Source: Octopus sinensis
Taxonomy: Eukaryota
DNA: 64,000 bases
NCBI RefSeq assembly: GCF_006345805.1
Contig: NC_042997.1
Coordinates: forward strand, 104,470,001-104,534,000
Reading direction: 5' to 3'
Shown: positions 25,561 through 39,306 of the stretch, piece after piece
Layout: the number at the start of each line of letters is the position of its first letter
How positions within the stretch are numbered: the first letter of the stretch is position 1
Notes under the pieces: model-generated
The model's input: the letters and a program-made list of their open reading frames with translations, nothing else
What the model was told of the DNA's origin: nothing
Databases searched by the model: none
Position numbers and translations under genes: made by a program

Positions 25561-27059
25561 TGGGAAAGATGAAACCCGAGTTAGTTCCCTCGTTGATACG
25601 GTGTATACCTTCAGTGCTGATATCAGAATGGAGTTCTGATAGCTTTTACTTTTTACATATAAACCCCATTACCTGAATATGACATGACAGTTGTCATTAA
25701 GTAAAGCAATGGTGACTGGGTAGTCTGCATGTTAATGTGGATGGTTTACAAGTCGTAGAATGGTTGCTATCGCGATTTTAACATGCACCACCCAAAAGCA
25801 CCCGAAAAACGTTATTGATCGTTTAGATCCAACTAAAAAAGGCTATCGGCGTTTTATCAGAATGAGTTGAACATTACATTTTAAGTGAAAACATCTTACA
25901 CACCCTCATCTTAATCATCAAGTTAATCGGAATGATCTTAATAACCGACATTTAAAACTTTATCGATATGATCAATATGGAAAACCTCAAAATGCTGTGA
26001 AAATACGAAAGTCTTTTGCGAAACGCAATTTTACAATTATTACTATGGCCTAGTTCCAAAACGGGCCGCAACAACAAAGTCCACTCGTTATACTTCTCGG
26101 TCCATCATCACTGCCACGAGGTTCTGGATACATTCCAGGTCATTGTTTGCAATCAAGCTGTCGATGGTAATGCCGATAACAAAACCGTTGTGTTGTAGCA
26201 AATTTCTGCAGAGAGTTGATAGGATTCGAACACAGTAATACGATTGATTTAATAGAAAGATCGTAAACTACCTAGTACCACTATTTGCAGTTTGAATGAA
26301 TTCAGTTGTCTAATAATAGGAATATATAATAATGAAAAAAATAAAAGGGTGGCGAAAACAATTACCAGATGAACAAAATGTATCTAAATAAAAATGCAAG
26401 GATGAAGTTACTGCAACTACTACCAACACCGAAGACTACGACAACATCATATGAAAAATGGTAAACTAAAACAAACACAACTAAAAGTACAAATAAACAT
26501 TAACAAAAGGAAATTTAAAATACCAAAGAGAACAGAATAAAACAATTGAAAATCTCTGTATAGCGATGGTTTAAAATCACATTCTGCCAGTTGGTGTCAT
26601 CTGTCACCAAAGCTTGGGGGTCGGTTTGAAGGTTTAGTGACAGCAGCCTTAAATAAAGAATATTAATTGCTTGAGGGCAATTTAATAAGAAAAGCAAACA
26701 GCTGTAATGTCTTCTGATGGGTTAATGTCCTATATATATATTTTTTCTTTTGTTTTAGCATTGTAATCATTTCTTCACAATAAAAAAGAAAAGAAATGGC
26801 ATTGATATTCACCAAACTTGTGAGATTTAAACGAACTCCTCATTGACGTTTTCGTTGCAATTTTTCTTTTTCCTGATGCTGAATTGATAGTTATTGTTTT
26901 TGTTGTTGCTGTTGTTGTTGGTGGTGTTGTTTCTGTGGTAATTCTTTCTGCAATTGTATTAATGATTTATTTATTTATTTTTATTCGGTGTGTTTTATTT
27001 TTAGTTCGTAACTGCTGCATTTGCAATTGCTAATATCATTTGCTATCATGATGCTGACA

Positions 27060-27370
27060 ATGATGATGAAGATCATCATCCTCCTCATTATCATCATCAT
27101 CATCATCATCTTCATCATCATCATCATCATCATCGTCATCATCGTCGTCGTTGTCGTCGTCGTCATCATCATCATCATCATTATTATTACGGTGATGATA
27201 ATGACGATGACGTTGAATACAACGAAGATGATGATGATGACCATAATAATGATGAGGATGACGGCGACGACGATGACGACGATGAGGACGACGATGACGA
27301 TGATGATGATGAAGATGATGACAACGTTGAAGACGATGATGATGATGATGGTGTTGTCATTGATGATAAA
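27060..27370. repeat. Compound (CAT/CGT)n then (GAT/GAC)n microsatellite in fold-back arrangement
   Basis: The left and right halves are approximate reverse complements with the same module order. Confidence 0.8.
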
Positions 27371-27596
27371 GTTACGGTTATTGCTATCATTACAGCACAT
27401 GTTTATTGCTTCGTCTCTTGATATTTTTAATATTTTGTTGCTCGTGATGTATTTCCGGCTGAAGTCGCTGATATCCAGTTTGTTGTAGAATACATGCAGT
27501 CGATGCTGATCTTTTGTTGAAGTTTGTTAACAGTACTAAAATTTGCGGCATTTCTGCATCTACCGTTGAAATAGCAATCTGAAAGGAATAGAGAGA

Positions 27597-27855
<259 letters not shown>

Positions 27856-27996
27856 GAAGAGAGACAGAGAGGGAGAGAGGGAGGAGAGAAAAGCAAAATG
27901 TAAGAGAGAAAAAGAATGGGGACAAAATGAGTGTAAAGGAAAGAGCTGGAGATAGAAAGAGACAGTATTTTATGTGCTTTCGCTTGTGAGAAACAG

Positions 27997-28092
<96 letters not shown>

Positions 28093-28746
28093 AGACAGAC
28101 ATACAGAGAGACAGAAACATAGAATGAGGGAAAGAAAGACAGAAAAAGAGAAAAGCATAGATAGACAGAAAGAGAGAGAGAGAGTGGGAGAGAGGGGAGA
28201 GAGAGAAGGAAGGTGAGAGAGGGGGAGAGACAGAGTGAGTGAGAGAGTGAGAGAGGATGGGACAGATGGCAGATTTCGAAATAATAGAACTTTGTTATTA
28301 ATAAGGATGTAGGTATATTTTGTCAGTGTTTTTAAGTTGGTCGATAATCGCGGTGGTAATGGTGGTGGTGGTGGTGGTAATGGTAGTGATGGTGGTAGTG
28401 GTGGTGGTGGTGGTGGTAATGAGAATGGTGTTGATGGATATATTGGTGTGTTTCTTTGCAGTCGTTGTCATCGTTGTCGCGTAAAACAATGTTATAGTCC
28501 TGAGGTGCGGTGCAGTCGTGTGGTTTGTGCTTGTGACTGTTATTCAAATATCAGCCATGTTGTTTATTGCTCCCGCTGCCGCCAACAATGGTGCTGACTT
28601 GTGTCTTATGCTGATAATGATGTTTCATGCTGAAATGTAATATATGCCGATGGGAATGCCAAATAAATCATGTGCTTGTTTCCATATGTATGCATGTTTA
28701 TACATACATACACACACACACACACATAAATATATGTACATACCTA

Positions 28747-29042
28747 AAGGCACATGGTTTAATTGTTAAGTTGTTTACATTCACGATTGCGAGATGGTCG
28801 TTTCGATTCCCAGACCGGCTGTGGCAATGTGTTCTTGAACAAATCACTTCATTTCACGATGCTCTGTGAACATTTCTTCATCTGACATGTTGCACATAGT
28901 GCACCTGTACAGGGAATACCGATTTGATGGAGGGAGGGAGCTTATGTGAAAACAAATATTTGATCACGACAAACAAATCATATGTGTGCTTGTTCAGCAA
29001 GAAACTACCGAACTCTCAAACGTAGTCTAATAACGGGAAAGT
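28747..29042 (+). mobile_element. tRNA-derived SINE (H1 + tail T5), degenerate
   Basis: aaggcacatggtttaattgttaag head, gtttcgattccc B box, tgtgttcttgaacaaatcacttcatttcacg core. Confidence 0.75.
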
Positions 29043-29069
29043 CCGTGATATACTGTTATACTCATAAGG

Positions 29070-29420
29070 TATTAGAATCTTATATTGTGTATAAACACTA
29101 TACTTGGAATTAACTATTTTAAATACTGTTGGAGTTTTCTCATAAGGTACTGGAATCTTAGATATATACCATTCTACCTAAGAAAATGGATCTACAAATT
29201 CAATACCCTTACATATCTCACATCTATTTTCTTTCCCCCACCTCACTCTCTATTTTGTATCCTATCTAAAGTAACTATTACTTAACCATCTTCTCACACC
29301 GTCTCCGATGAAGGAATATAGTTAATAAATATCCTGGAAACAGCTGTAAGACCTTCTATCTATAAATGTTATAATATCTACACAACCATGGTTTTTTTTA
29401 TCTCATTACGCAAAAAATTC
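29070..29420 (+). mobile_element. Penelope-like 3' end/pLTR remnant
   Basis: LRKWIYKFNTL resembles the WIxxLxTL end of PLE GIY-YIG ORFs. It is followed by an HHR-like motif and ends at (TA)n. Confidence 0.55.
29301..29352 (+). ncRNA. Hammerhead-like motif HHR-D with a U4C core variant
   Basis: CCGATGA 29305-29311; stem II AGG...CCT; GAAA 29337-29340; palindromic ACAGCTGT; GUA site; 4-bp stem I GTCT/AGAC. Confidence 0.6.
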
Positions 29421-29421
29421 T

Positions 29422-29459
<38 letters not shown>

Positions 29460-29934
29460 GCACAAATTTAGGTGATGAAGTTGAATCTCCTGCGAGTTGA
29501 CATGGGATCCCTTGACGGCAATGTAAACTTCGTAAGCTAGCTCTTGATGAAGGTTAATTGGCCCTATGCCCCAAAACTAACAAGAGCAATAACAATAAAG
29601 CGATACTGATAATGTATTGGTACCCTACCAATGGTATTACTTTAAATTCAGTGTAAATGAAAACTTTGTAAGTTCACAGATTTTTGGTGTTCAATTAAAA
29701 TTTGAATTTTCAACTGTTAACATATAACAAATCCTCATGCAGACCTGATCCCAATGCTGGATGCTCTAGAACAAAATGAAGGGCAGATTTTCAATCCCGG
29801 GACCATCTTGATTCCAAAAGGGTGTAATATGTCTATGTAGAGTAAATGCAGACTGAGATATGGGGGTCCCGGATGGGCGCACAGACAGAATTTCTCATTT
29901 ATTATTATCATAATAACCACCACCATTATTATTA

Positions 29935-30016
<82 letters not shown>

Positions 30017-30017
<1 letters not shown>

Positions 30018-30598
30018 GTTTTATTTTGACAAGTTTGAAGTTCAAGTCGGTACAAAGAAAACAAGAAAAATTATAAGTTTGTTTTAAAATTTGAGATTAC
30101 AGAGACAGTATTTTACGTATGATATGGGCAGTTCCCATGAATACTAACTTTTGAATTTCTGCCATTTTGGGGTTTCCTGGTTTCTGCGCTAGGTAGCAAT
30201 CAGCCCCTTTTGCTATCATTCCTATGACACCTATGACAACATGTATTGTTTTAGCCTTGAGGTTCCACATTTTACCCATTTCTATTTCCAAATCTTAATA
30301 CTTGCTCAGCTTTTGGTAGGTCTTCACAGATACGTTTATATCGATTGGGACAGTCATATCAATGAGGAGGTATGATATAATGTCTGGCCTATTCGATCTA
30401 TCTGTCTGTCAGTTTGAACAGTGAAGTTCCAGACGAGTGAGATGTGATCATTTTCAAGCACTGGAGGTGGTTTGTGTTCCTACTTGTTTTTATTATGAGG
30501 CAGGTCCAGGCTTTTTGCTCTATCATGCCTGTTGAGATAATCTGTAGGTGCAAGAAGACTGGACATGGAGACAACATTATTAATGGTTTCGTTTTGTT
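30017..30598 (-). mobile_element. R4/Dong-like non-LTR retrotransposon 3' fragment (restriction-like endonuclease), decayed
   Basis: Across frameshifts: NETINNVVS...YLNRHD...VLENDHISLVWNFTVQTDRQI...RPDII...LIDMTVP...KLSKY*DLEIEMGKMW...VVIGVIG...TAHIIRKILSL. (AAT)n lies at the 3' flank. Confidence 0.85.
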
Positions 30599-30618
30599 TA
30601 TCATCATCATCATCATCA

Positions 30619-30658
<40 letters not shown>

Positions 30659-30680
30659 CATCATCATCATCATCATCATT

Positions 30681-31430
30681 GCCTTTGCAGTGCTTCTAAT
30701 GCTAGAGTTGTACTACGGAGTCATCTGTTTACTACCAGTGAACTAAGGTAACACCTCTTATTTTTCGAGCACCTTCCGGAGTATTTGAGCGGATCCAAGC
30801 AGTGCTGTTTTATGCAAGTGCTCCCCCCTTATTGCAGCCCCGATTTGTTCAACGTACTTCTCGAGATTTTTGCTCACTCTTCCTAGGGCTCCGACAATAA
30901 TTTGTACAACTGCTATCTTTTTCATCGACCAAAACTGCTTAACTTCCCAAGCTAACCTGTTATATCTCTCAACTTTTCTTTCTTCCTTATTGCATACCTT
31001 ATTGTCAGCTAGGCATGCTATATCTATGATCCAGCATAGTTTGTTTTCTTTCTCAATTAAGACTATGTCTATCTTCCTATTCTCTATCTCATGGTCGCAC
31101 TGGATCTTTGCATTTCTATTTTTGACGATGCTTTCAGGTTTGTGGTCGTACCAATTTTTTGCTCTGCCAAGTCCATATTTGTTGCAAAGTGTCCAATGGA
31201 CAAGCTTGTCTATATTGTCATGGAGTCTCTTATATTCCTTCTCGGCTAGTGGCGTATATTGGCTGGTAATATGCCATACGGTTTCACTCTTTTGTCCACA
31301 TATTCTGCACTTATCACTTTCTGCTGTGTTGTCTATTTTGTATTTTATGTAGTTTGTTTTTAGTGCTTGCTCTTGGCAGCACAGATTAGAGCCCCCGTTT
31401 TTACGGTTTAAATCACTTTTAGTCAATATA
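30681..31430 (-). mobile_element. Second R4/Dong-like 3' fragment (CCHC + RLE)
   Basis: QEQALKTN...CRICGQKSETVWHI...KRLHD...NRKIDIVLI...IIDIAC...KVERY...VGALG...LRKVL. The 3' UTR is followed by (GAT)n(AAT)n. Confidence 0.9.
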
Positions 31431-31440
31431 CATACATACA

Positions 31441-31486
<46 letters not shown>

Positions 31487-32154
31487 TATATATATATATA
31501 TATATATATACATACATACATAAAGAGAGAGAGAGAGAAAGAGAGAGAGAGCGATAAACACACACACACCGCGAGTGTATCTCACCAAAGAAAGATGTTG
31601 TGGCTAGCTCCTCGCAGTCCCGAATATTTCGTGAGGTTAGTGCTTTTATGTGGCAGTTCGAGTTAAAGTTTACCTCTCATTTCTAGCAATTGTAGGTGCT
31701 ATTTTGCACCCTCATATATTAATTTTACCTTTTTGTCTTTAATTGCTATAGCCAACTATATTATGAAGTATTTATTATGCCTTAATATCTTAATATATTA
31801 TTATGCTATCTTATTGTTTATATAACTGCTCAATTTAAATTTAAATTCTATTTTGAAAATACTTCTTCATAATTTCTTTTATCTGAGTCCCTGTGTCTCT
31901 ATTTTAGTCAAGCACGACCACCATAACTCATTTTCTCTAAATATCCTAAATCTATTTATCCTGATATTTCTTTTCATACGTTCCCCATTGGAAAATTATC
32001 GCTGTTTCATACAATTCTTTCTATCTTTCTCTCTGTTTCTCTCTCTCCCTCTCTCTCTTTCTCTTCTTTGTTTTCTTTCTCTGATTTTATAAATGTTCAT
32101 ATTTAACCTCTTTATTTTTCTCTTAATCCTTCATTCTCTTTCTTGGTTAGTATA

Positions 32155-32461
32155 TTGTTGTTCGTTCCTTCTCGAGCCATGCCTGGCTCATAAGGGCCGG
32201 TTTCCCGGTTTCCTTGGTGTATAGGTTCCTCACCTGAACAGGACGCCGGTCCGTCGCAAGTGAGCTGCAAGATGCCGGAGGAAAGAGTGAGAGAAATTTG
32301 TGGCGAAAGAGTTAGCAGAAGTTCGCCATTACCTTCTGCCAGAGCCACATGGAGCTTAGGTGTTTCGCTCATAAACACACACATCGCTCGGTCTGAGATT
32401 TGAACCTGCGATCCCTCGACCGCGAGTCCGCTGCTCTAACCACTAGGCCATGTTCCTCCAC
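32155..32461 (-). mobile_element. tRNA-derived SINE (H2 + tail T1)
   Basis: Minus strand gtggaggaacatggcctagtggttagagcagcggactcgcggtcgagg head; tail gaaaccgggaaaccggccc shared with 4606-4853. Confidence 0.9.
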
Positions 32462-32609
32462 TCCTCGACCGCGAGTCCGCTGCTCTAACCACTAGGCCAT
32501 GTGCTACCACTCCTCGACCGCGAACCAGCTGCTCTAACCACTAAGCCATCTTCATCCACTCCTCGACTGCGAGGAAGCTGCTCTAACCACTCGGCCATGT
32601 GCCTCCACT
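32414..32609 (-). repeat. Tandem array of 4 x 49-bp SINE 5' head (A-box) units
   Basis: Units start at 32414, 32463, 32512 and 32561 (cctcgac...ccact), with an exact 49-bp period. Confidence 0.95.
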
Positions 32610-32949
32610 GGTTCGTACATTACTCTATGTATATTTTATATTATATTTCTTTTCTCACCAAGAAACCTACTATGTGTGTGTGTGCGACGTTCTCGCTCTC
32701 TCTCTCTCTCCCTCTCTCCCTCTCTCTCACCCTCGCTCCCTCCCTCTCTTCCTCTCTCTCTCTCTCTCTTCCTTTCTTTCTCTATCTCTTTCTCTCTCTC
32801 TCTCTCTTTCAGTCATTTTCTATCACTGCAACCGTGTAACTATATGTGTTTACTGGTGTGAAACTAGATAACAATGTGGTGGTGGATGAAAGGAATCAAA
32901 GATTGCGTGTAGATCAGATGGAGACGATAAGCATGTTACAAGCAGGATT

Positions 32950-33066
32950 ATTACTATCATTATTATTATCATCATATTATTATTATTATTATTATTATTA
33001 TATTATTATTATATTATTATTATTATTATTATTATTATATTATTATTATTATATTATTACTATTAC

Positions 33067-33114
<48 letters not shown>

Positions 33115-33282
33115 TATATTATTATTATTATATTATTATTATTATTATTATTACTATTATTATTATTATTATTATTATTATTATCATTATTATTATTATT
33201 ATTATTATTACTATTATTATTATTATATATTATTATTATTACTATTACTATTATTATTAATTATTATTATTATTATTATTAC

Positions 33283-33328
<46 letters not shown>

Positions 33329-33548
33329 CTATTACTATTATTATTATTATTATATTATTATTATTATTATTATTACTATTATTATTATTATTATTGTTAT
33401 TATTATTATTATTATGATTATTATTATTATATTATTATTACTATTACTATTATTATTATATTATTATTATTATTATTATTATTACTATTATTATTATTAT
33501 TATTTATTATTATATTATTATATTATATTATTATTATTATATTATTAC

Positions 33549-33599
<51 letters not shown>

Positions 33600-33665
33600 A
33601 TTATTATTATATTATTATTATTATTACTATCATTAATAATGATAATAATAATAATAATAATAATG
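32950..33665. repeat. Very long interrupted (TAT)n tract of about 700 bp
   Basis: Direct inspection; explains the 317-aa poly-Y/I/L ORF. Confidence 0.95.
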
Positions 33666-34249
33666 ACAGCAGCAACATTAGCAGAAATGACAAGAAAAAT
33701 AATTGCAACAACAATAACAACAGTTTCTATTTCTTGACGATTTGGTTGGTGTTCTTGCTCGCTTGTTGTTGTTTTTTATGTGGTGATTATCATGGGTAGT
33801 GGTGAGGATTATCAGTATTGTTGTTGTTGTTGTTGTTGTAATTTATCATCGTGGTAGTTGTTTTGATGTTAGTTTCTAGGTGTTTATTTGTTGTTGCTAT
33901 AAATGTTAAGAGAAATCATAAAATATGTATCAAAAGATCAAGTTGATTTCTTCAACGGCATCTTAATCAGAATATTTGAGCAAACATTTTGTCAAAATTT
34001 CTCGTCAAGTGTCAAACTTGAAAAATAATACGATAAAGAAAGAGAAGAAAAAGGAAAGAAAGAATGAATTAATGAAAAAAAGGAAATTGACTAACATTTA
34101 GTGACAGAATGAAACCTAAACAAATATCAATAGATAGACAGATAGATAACGAAAGGGAAGGAAATAGGGAAGGAACTAAGAGAAAGATGAAAAAGAACTG
34201 TGATAAATGCGAGTGGAAATAATGAAAGTAGAGTTTGTGATATTGTAAG

Positions 34250-34262
34250 CGCAAAGAGAGGG

Positions 34263-34301
<39 letters not shown>

Positions 34302-34941
34302 AGAGTAAGTAGGAGATGGTGAGTAGAGAGTTAGGGTTTACGGGAGTGGGAAAGAGCTTGAGTTAAACAGAATGTTAAGGTGCTGCTGTAGAGGAGCATA
34401 GATAGAAAGGATGAGAGACGTGTAGAAGTGGAACTTTTCAATGAGAATTGTGAAAATAGAAATAATTATAAGAGATTAAGAGGAAGAGAGAGGAAGAGAG
34501 AGGGAGAGAGAAAGTGAGAAGGTAAGAGAGGTAGAGAAAAAATAGAGACAGAAAGAGAGGAAGAAAGAGACAAGGAGCGTTGTAAGACACCTATGCACAA
34601 GAAGCGGGATGTTGTGAGAAATATTTTTGATGAAATGAGGAGGGAGAGAGGGAGGAATGAGAGAGAGAGAAGGAGAGAGGGAGACAGACAGAAAGACAGA
34701 GAAACAGACAGAGATAAAAAGAGAGAAAGAGAGAGAGAGAGCTATGACCGTAGAAAAAATATTAACAACAAACTAATGGGAAAGCAAAATTAAGTTAAAA
34801 GAGATTGTGAATACGTGAAAGAGAGAAACGTGAAGGTGAGAAATAGAGGGAAGGAGAGACAATCGAGGGACAGAGAGAGATTCAGGTGTAGTGCGTAGAA
34901 AATGCTAATGAGCTTGTTGTACAAACGCGAAAATATTAAGA

Positions 34942-34988
<47 letters not shown>

Positions 34989-35200
34989 AACGAGTAGGAG
35001 GAGAGAGGTAGAAGGAATTTTAGGAAAAGCGTTCTGGGAAAATGAAAGATTGAAGGTAAGCAATGAAAGGGATCGCGAACGACAGAGAGATAAATAGAGG
35101 GGGATAGGGAGAAAGGAAGAGCGCAGGAATAGGCATAAAGAGATAAAGCGATAGATAGAAGAGAGAGAGAGCGAGTGAGAGAGAGATTGAGAAATAGAAA
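34250..35200. repeat. Purine-rich (GA/GAAA) low-complexity region
   Basis: Strong plus-strand purine skew with (GA)n blocks. Confidence 0.8.
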
Positions 35201-37397
35201 AAGCGAGAATAATATGAATATTAAATCAACAACGATTTCAAGTGACTGACGTTTAAGGCTAAAAAAGAAATGGCGAAATAGAGATAGATTTCGTTCGTCG
35301 GTGGTGACAAAGATAAATGATTGAATAAATAGAAAACCAATAGTAGTGGCGATAACAAAACCTAGGAAAAATCCCCAAAAATTCAAAACATCAGTAATAA
35401 TAACATTGGCAACAAAAATAAACAAATAAATATGAGATTTGGAACCACAACAACAGAAACAATGTCAAAAAAGACACCTTACCTTCATTCAAATGACTGT
35501 AATAGTTATATCTTAAGAGCAAGTGTAACATGCAAAGCACAAAAATATTAGAGTGAATTTTTTTGTTTCCAGTGCAGCTTCCATAGAATTAAATATACCG
35601 GAAATTTGCTTGTTCCTACGTAACTCCTATGTGGTCCCTCTCATACTGGAAAATTTTGGCCGTGAAAGCAATTTCAGACACTTCATATCAGCAAGGCCTT
35701 TGACATTAGAACTTCCTATATAAGCTACCCGCATGTATGCTTTGTCTTATATTTGAAGTTTCCTTTCAGAACACATCACAGCAGCATGCACCGTTTTGTT
35801 CCAATGTTAGATAACATCTACCATATTTTTTTTCTATTCTTTAACGATTCACTTGCTGTCTCTTCGAACAAAACACATTCCTCTATGCATATGATTTTTT
35901 CCTTTCACTATTGCTTAACATTTTTTCATGGGGGCCATTCAAATGCAATCAGAATACCCTGCGTGACCTAAACTGATTTTATTTACACTAAGACACTGCA
36001 CGTTATTCAGGGAAGGTGGAGACCTAGTCATTTCCAACTGAACAAAAGTAAGTTCTGAAGGGCCAATTTCGGTCAGAGCAGATAATTTTACCTCTGCAGA
36101 GTTCTTCTGTAAGGTATAGCGCTTTCGTGAAAAACGTGCAATTGCTAATGGATGCGTTTCTCCCCATTTCCACGCCACCGATGTTTTCCATTGGTTTCAG
36201 TGTCTTCGCAGATGTTGTTGCTATCAGAGCGCAAAGAAATCTATAACAAATAGAAGGCTTCCCGTTAGCGCCGCCAGCCCGCCACCAGGGATGTTTTTTT
36301 TATCAAGTCTGAAGGACGAGAAGCAAAGTTAATTTTGGTGGAGTTAGAATCCAGAGAGTAAACAACCTGGACGAATACCACGAGGAATTCGATCCGAGAC
36401 GCGATACAAAGAAGTATTAGCAGAGTCGTGTGGCTATTAGAGATCATGCGGCTATAAAAAGGCGTGGTTCAGTGTGGAGGCAACTGACCTGTCGGTCATA
36501 CAGTTGTGGAAAGTGCACTGTCCTTTCACATTACTCCAATTCACTCGACTGAGCATTAAATCTAAAGGAGGAACAGATCAGCGTCACTATAGCGAGGTAA
36601 TATTAACGAGTCGGTCGTTCATACCTTAAGGTATGAAGAAGGATGTGTCCTGCAGTGGACTATTGTATCCTATCTTTACAAACAGACAATCACAACACAT
36701 ATTAAGACAACATCCCCCTGTATCAACCTGTATAGACATGGGCAACAGACAACTACAATAGTCAATGTCTTCAGAGAAGTTTTCCCCTTATTTGTAACGA
36801 TTTCTGATGGTGACCAAGCACATTCAAAATTGAGAAAAATGTTTTGGGGAGACGAGGTTTCCACATAGGGACCAGAAAATACACGAACTGAGATTAGTTG
36901 CCGATTTTCTATAAAACGCAAGCATAATCTACATTGAAGTACTGTGCATATTTCTGTAATGGCTGTGCTGTTAAAGGGATGCAAAAATCCTAAACTTCCA
37001 CGATAAGGTAACAATCTGAATGATTGGCAATAATTCCCTCAGAAACGCACTGCATGAACTAAAATGCAGATACGCTGTATCCTCTCTTTGTTTCTTTTAC
37101 CGCTACTACCACTATATTTTTCCTCAGCATTATTTTGATGCATGTCAACCCCATCAAAACCCATTCATTATATTCGTCTCCTTTCTTTTCTAATCTTAAC
37201 TGTGCCTTATCTCCAATATCCTGAGCAAAATATTTAGCCTAGTCCTTTCTTTCCAAATCTGGAACTATCTTACATCCATCACTACGCGTTTCTTCTGTTT
37301 TTTCATTCATTTCCTATAGCTATTCAAACTATACCAATCTCATTAGTTTAGTTTGGTTTGCAAGATTATAGGCTCAATCTGTTTCTTTTTTATTAAC

Positions 37398-37766
37398 GCA
37401 GGAGTGACTGTGTGGTAAGTAACTTGCTTACCAGCCACATGGTTCCGGGTTCAGTCCCACTGCGTGACGCCTCGGGCAAGTGTCTTCTACTGTAGCCTCG
37501 GGCCGACCAAAGCCTTGTGAAAGAAGCCCGTCATATATATATATATGTGTGTGTATATATGTTTGTATATCTGTTTGTCCCCACAACATCGCTTGACAAC
37601 CGATGCTAGTGTGTTTACGTCCCCGTAACTTAGCGGTTCGGCAAAAGAGCCGATAGAATAAGTACTAAGCTTACAAAGAACAAGTCCTACGGTCGATTTG
37701 CTCAACTAAAAGCGGTGCTCCAGCATGGCCGCAGTCAAATGTCTGATATAAGTAAAAGAGTAAAAA
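37398..37766 (+). mobile_element. SINE family C, near full length (tRNA-like head, internal TA/TG tract, tail)
   Basis: gcaggagtgactgtgtggtaag head, ggttcagtccc B box, gggcaagtgtcttctactgtagcctcgggccgaccaaagcc, tail ending agtaaaagagtaaaa. Confidence 0.9.
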
Positions 37767-38583
37767 AAAATACAAAAAATGAATGTATGCATCTTTGATG
37801 TATTTTTCTAATGTAACATTGCATTAAAATCATATATTTTATTGTGTTGATATTTAAACAAATAATTTATATTGTTTGTTTTGTCAGCAAGTTTCGTTAA
37901 TGAATTTATCCAGTTTAATTGTCTTATTGTACTGAATACTTTTTAGTACGGTAGGTGATGATTGCTGTTGTTGGTTATCCCTGATCAGCTTTGAATGAAT
38001 AGACGCATGATAAAATGCATTCTAGGCATAAACGGCTCGTTCTTTTAAGGCATTGTTGTCCTTTAAAAAACATTAGGTATCGATATCTGTCGTTGTCGTT
38101 CACATCCGCTGCGGTTCGTTTCGCCTTGCTCCGAAGTATTCTTTATTTTTAACGCTATATGGCGCAATACCGCAGCCTAAAAGCGTTTAACAACACATAT
38201 TAAGCATGTGATTTTAATAACGTTTACAATATAGGTGGGTTTCTGACATACAATTTAAATTTTGTATTATAGAAGTAATTCTCGTTTGGATAAGTCGATC
38301 TATGTGCGTTTCTGTTTGGTAAGCGTAAAAATGTGTATCACTGTATGAGTTGTGTGTCTGTTTGTAGCAGTATAACTCTCTGTGTATTAGAAATGATTGA
38401 TTGATTGAGTGAGTGAGTGAATGAGTGTATATGACACAATTTATGAATTTATTGAATGTTAATTACAGGAAATGTAGTGTACTGAAATCCCATCTGTCTA
38501 CGTCTATGAAGACGCATCCTTTCTTTTGTGCATGCATATTGTATGTATGAACATAATTATGGTTACTGTATGCAGTCCTTCAC

Positions 38584-38669
<86 letters not shown>

Positions 38670-38777
38670 ATATATGTGTGTAAGTATTTGTATATGCATA
38701 TACATGCACGCATAGGTTTATGTGCGTAGAAATATATACTCGTATATGTCTGTGTATGCACTTGTGTGTGTGTGTGC

Positions 38778-38818
<41 letters not shown>

Positions 38819-38918
38819 TAATATGTGTGTGTGTGATATATATATATACTCACGCCCTCTCATACACAGAGAAGACAGGAGAGAAAAGAGTGGGCTCAAA
38901 TCATATATATATATATAC

Positions 38919-38991
<73 letters not shown>

Positions 38992-39258
38992 GTGAGTAAA
39001 GTAAACAAGATATTAAAATGAATGATCATTTGAGCTTGAGTAATGCGCAATTCAAGATTCAGGAGGAAGTCACTGAATTAAAGTCCTCAATGGCCGATCA
39101 ACATTAAAGAAAGAAAAAAAAAACATCCGTTAAACCAGGTGTTAAATATATGTAAGACATTGAAGCGATTATCTATAGAGAACAAAGTGTTGCCTTGTTC
39201 CTCCTTGCAGCATAATAATATTTTTTTTTAACTACTACTCTTATTATTATTATTATTA

Positions 39259-39306
<48 letters not shown>

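Noticed and set aside
25960-26235. About 90-codon stop-free plus-strand frame and an open minus-strand frame
   Set aside because: No recognisable domain or convincing splice pair; length is within chance expectation.
29544-29577. TTGATGAAGG...CCAAAAC hammerhead-like relic
   Set aside because: Two core positions are mutated and no cleavage-site helix is present.
32414-32609. CRISPR-like appearance of regularly spaced repeats
   Set aside because: The units are contiguous 49-bp SINE-head copies with no unique spacers, there are no cas genes, and the context is eukaryotic.
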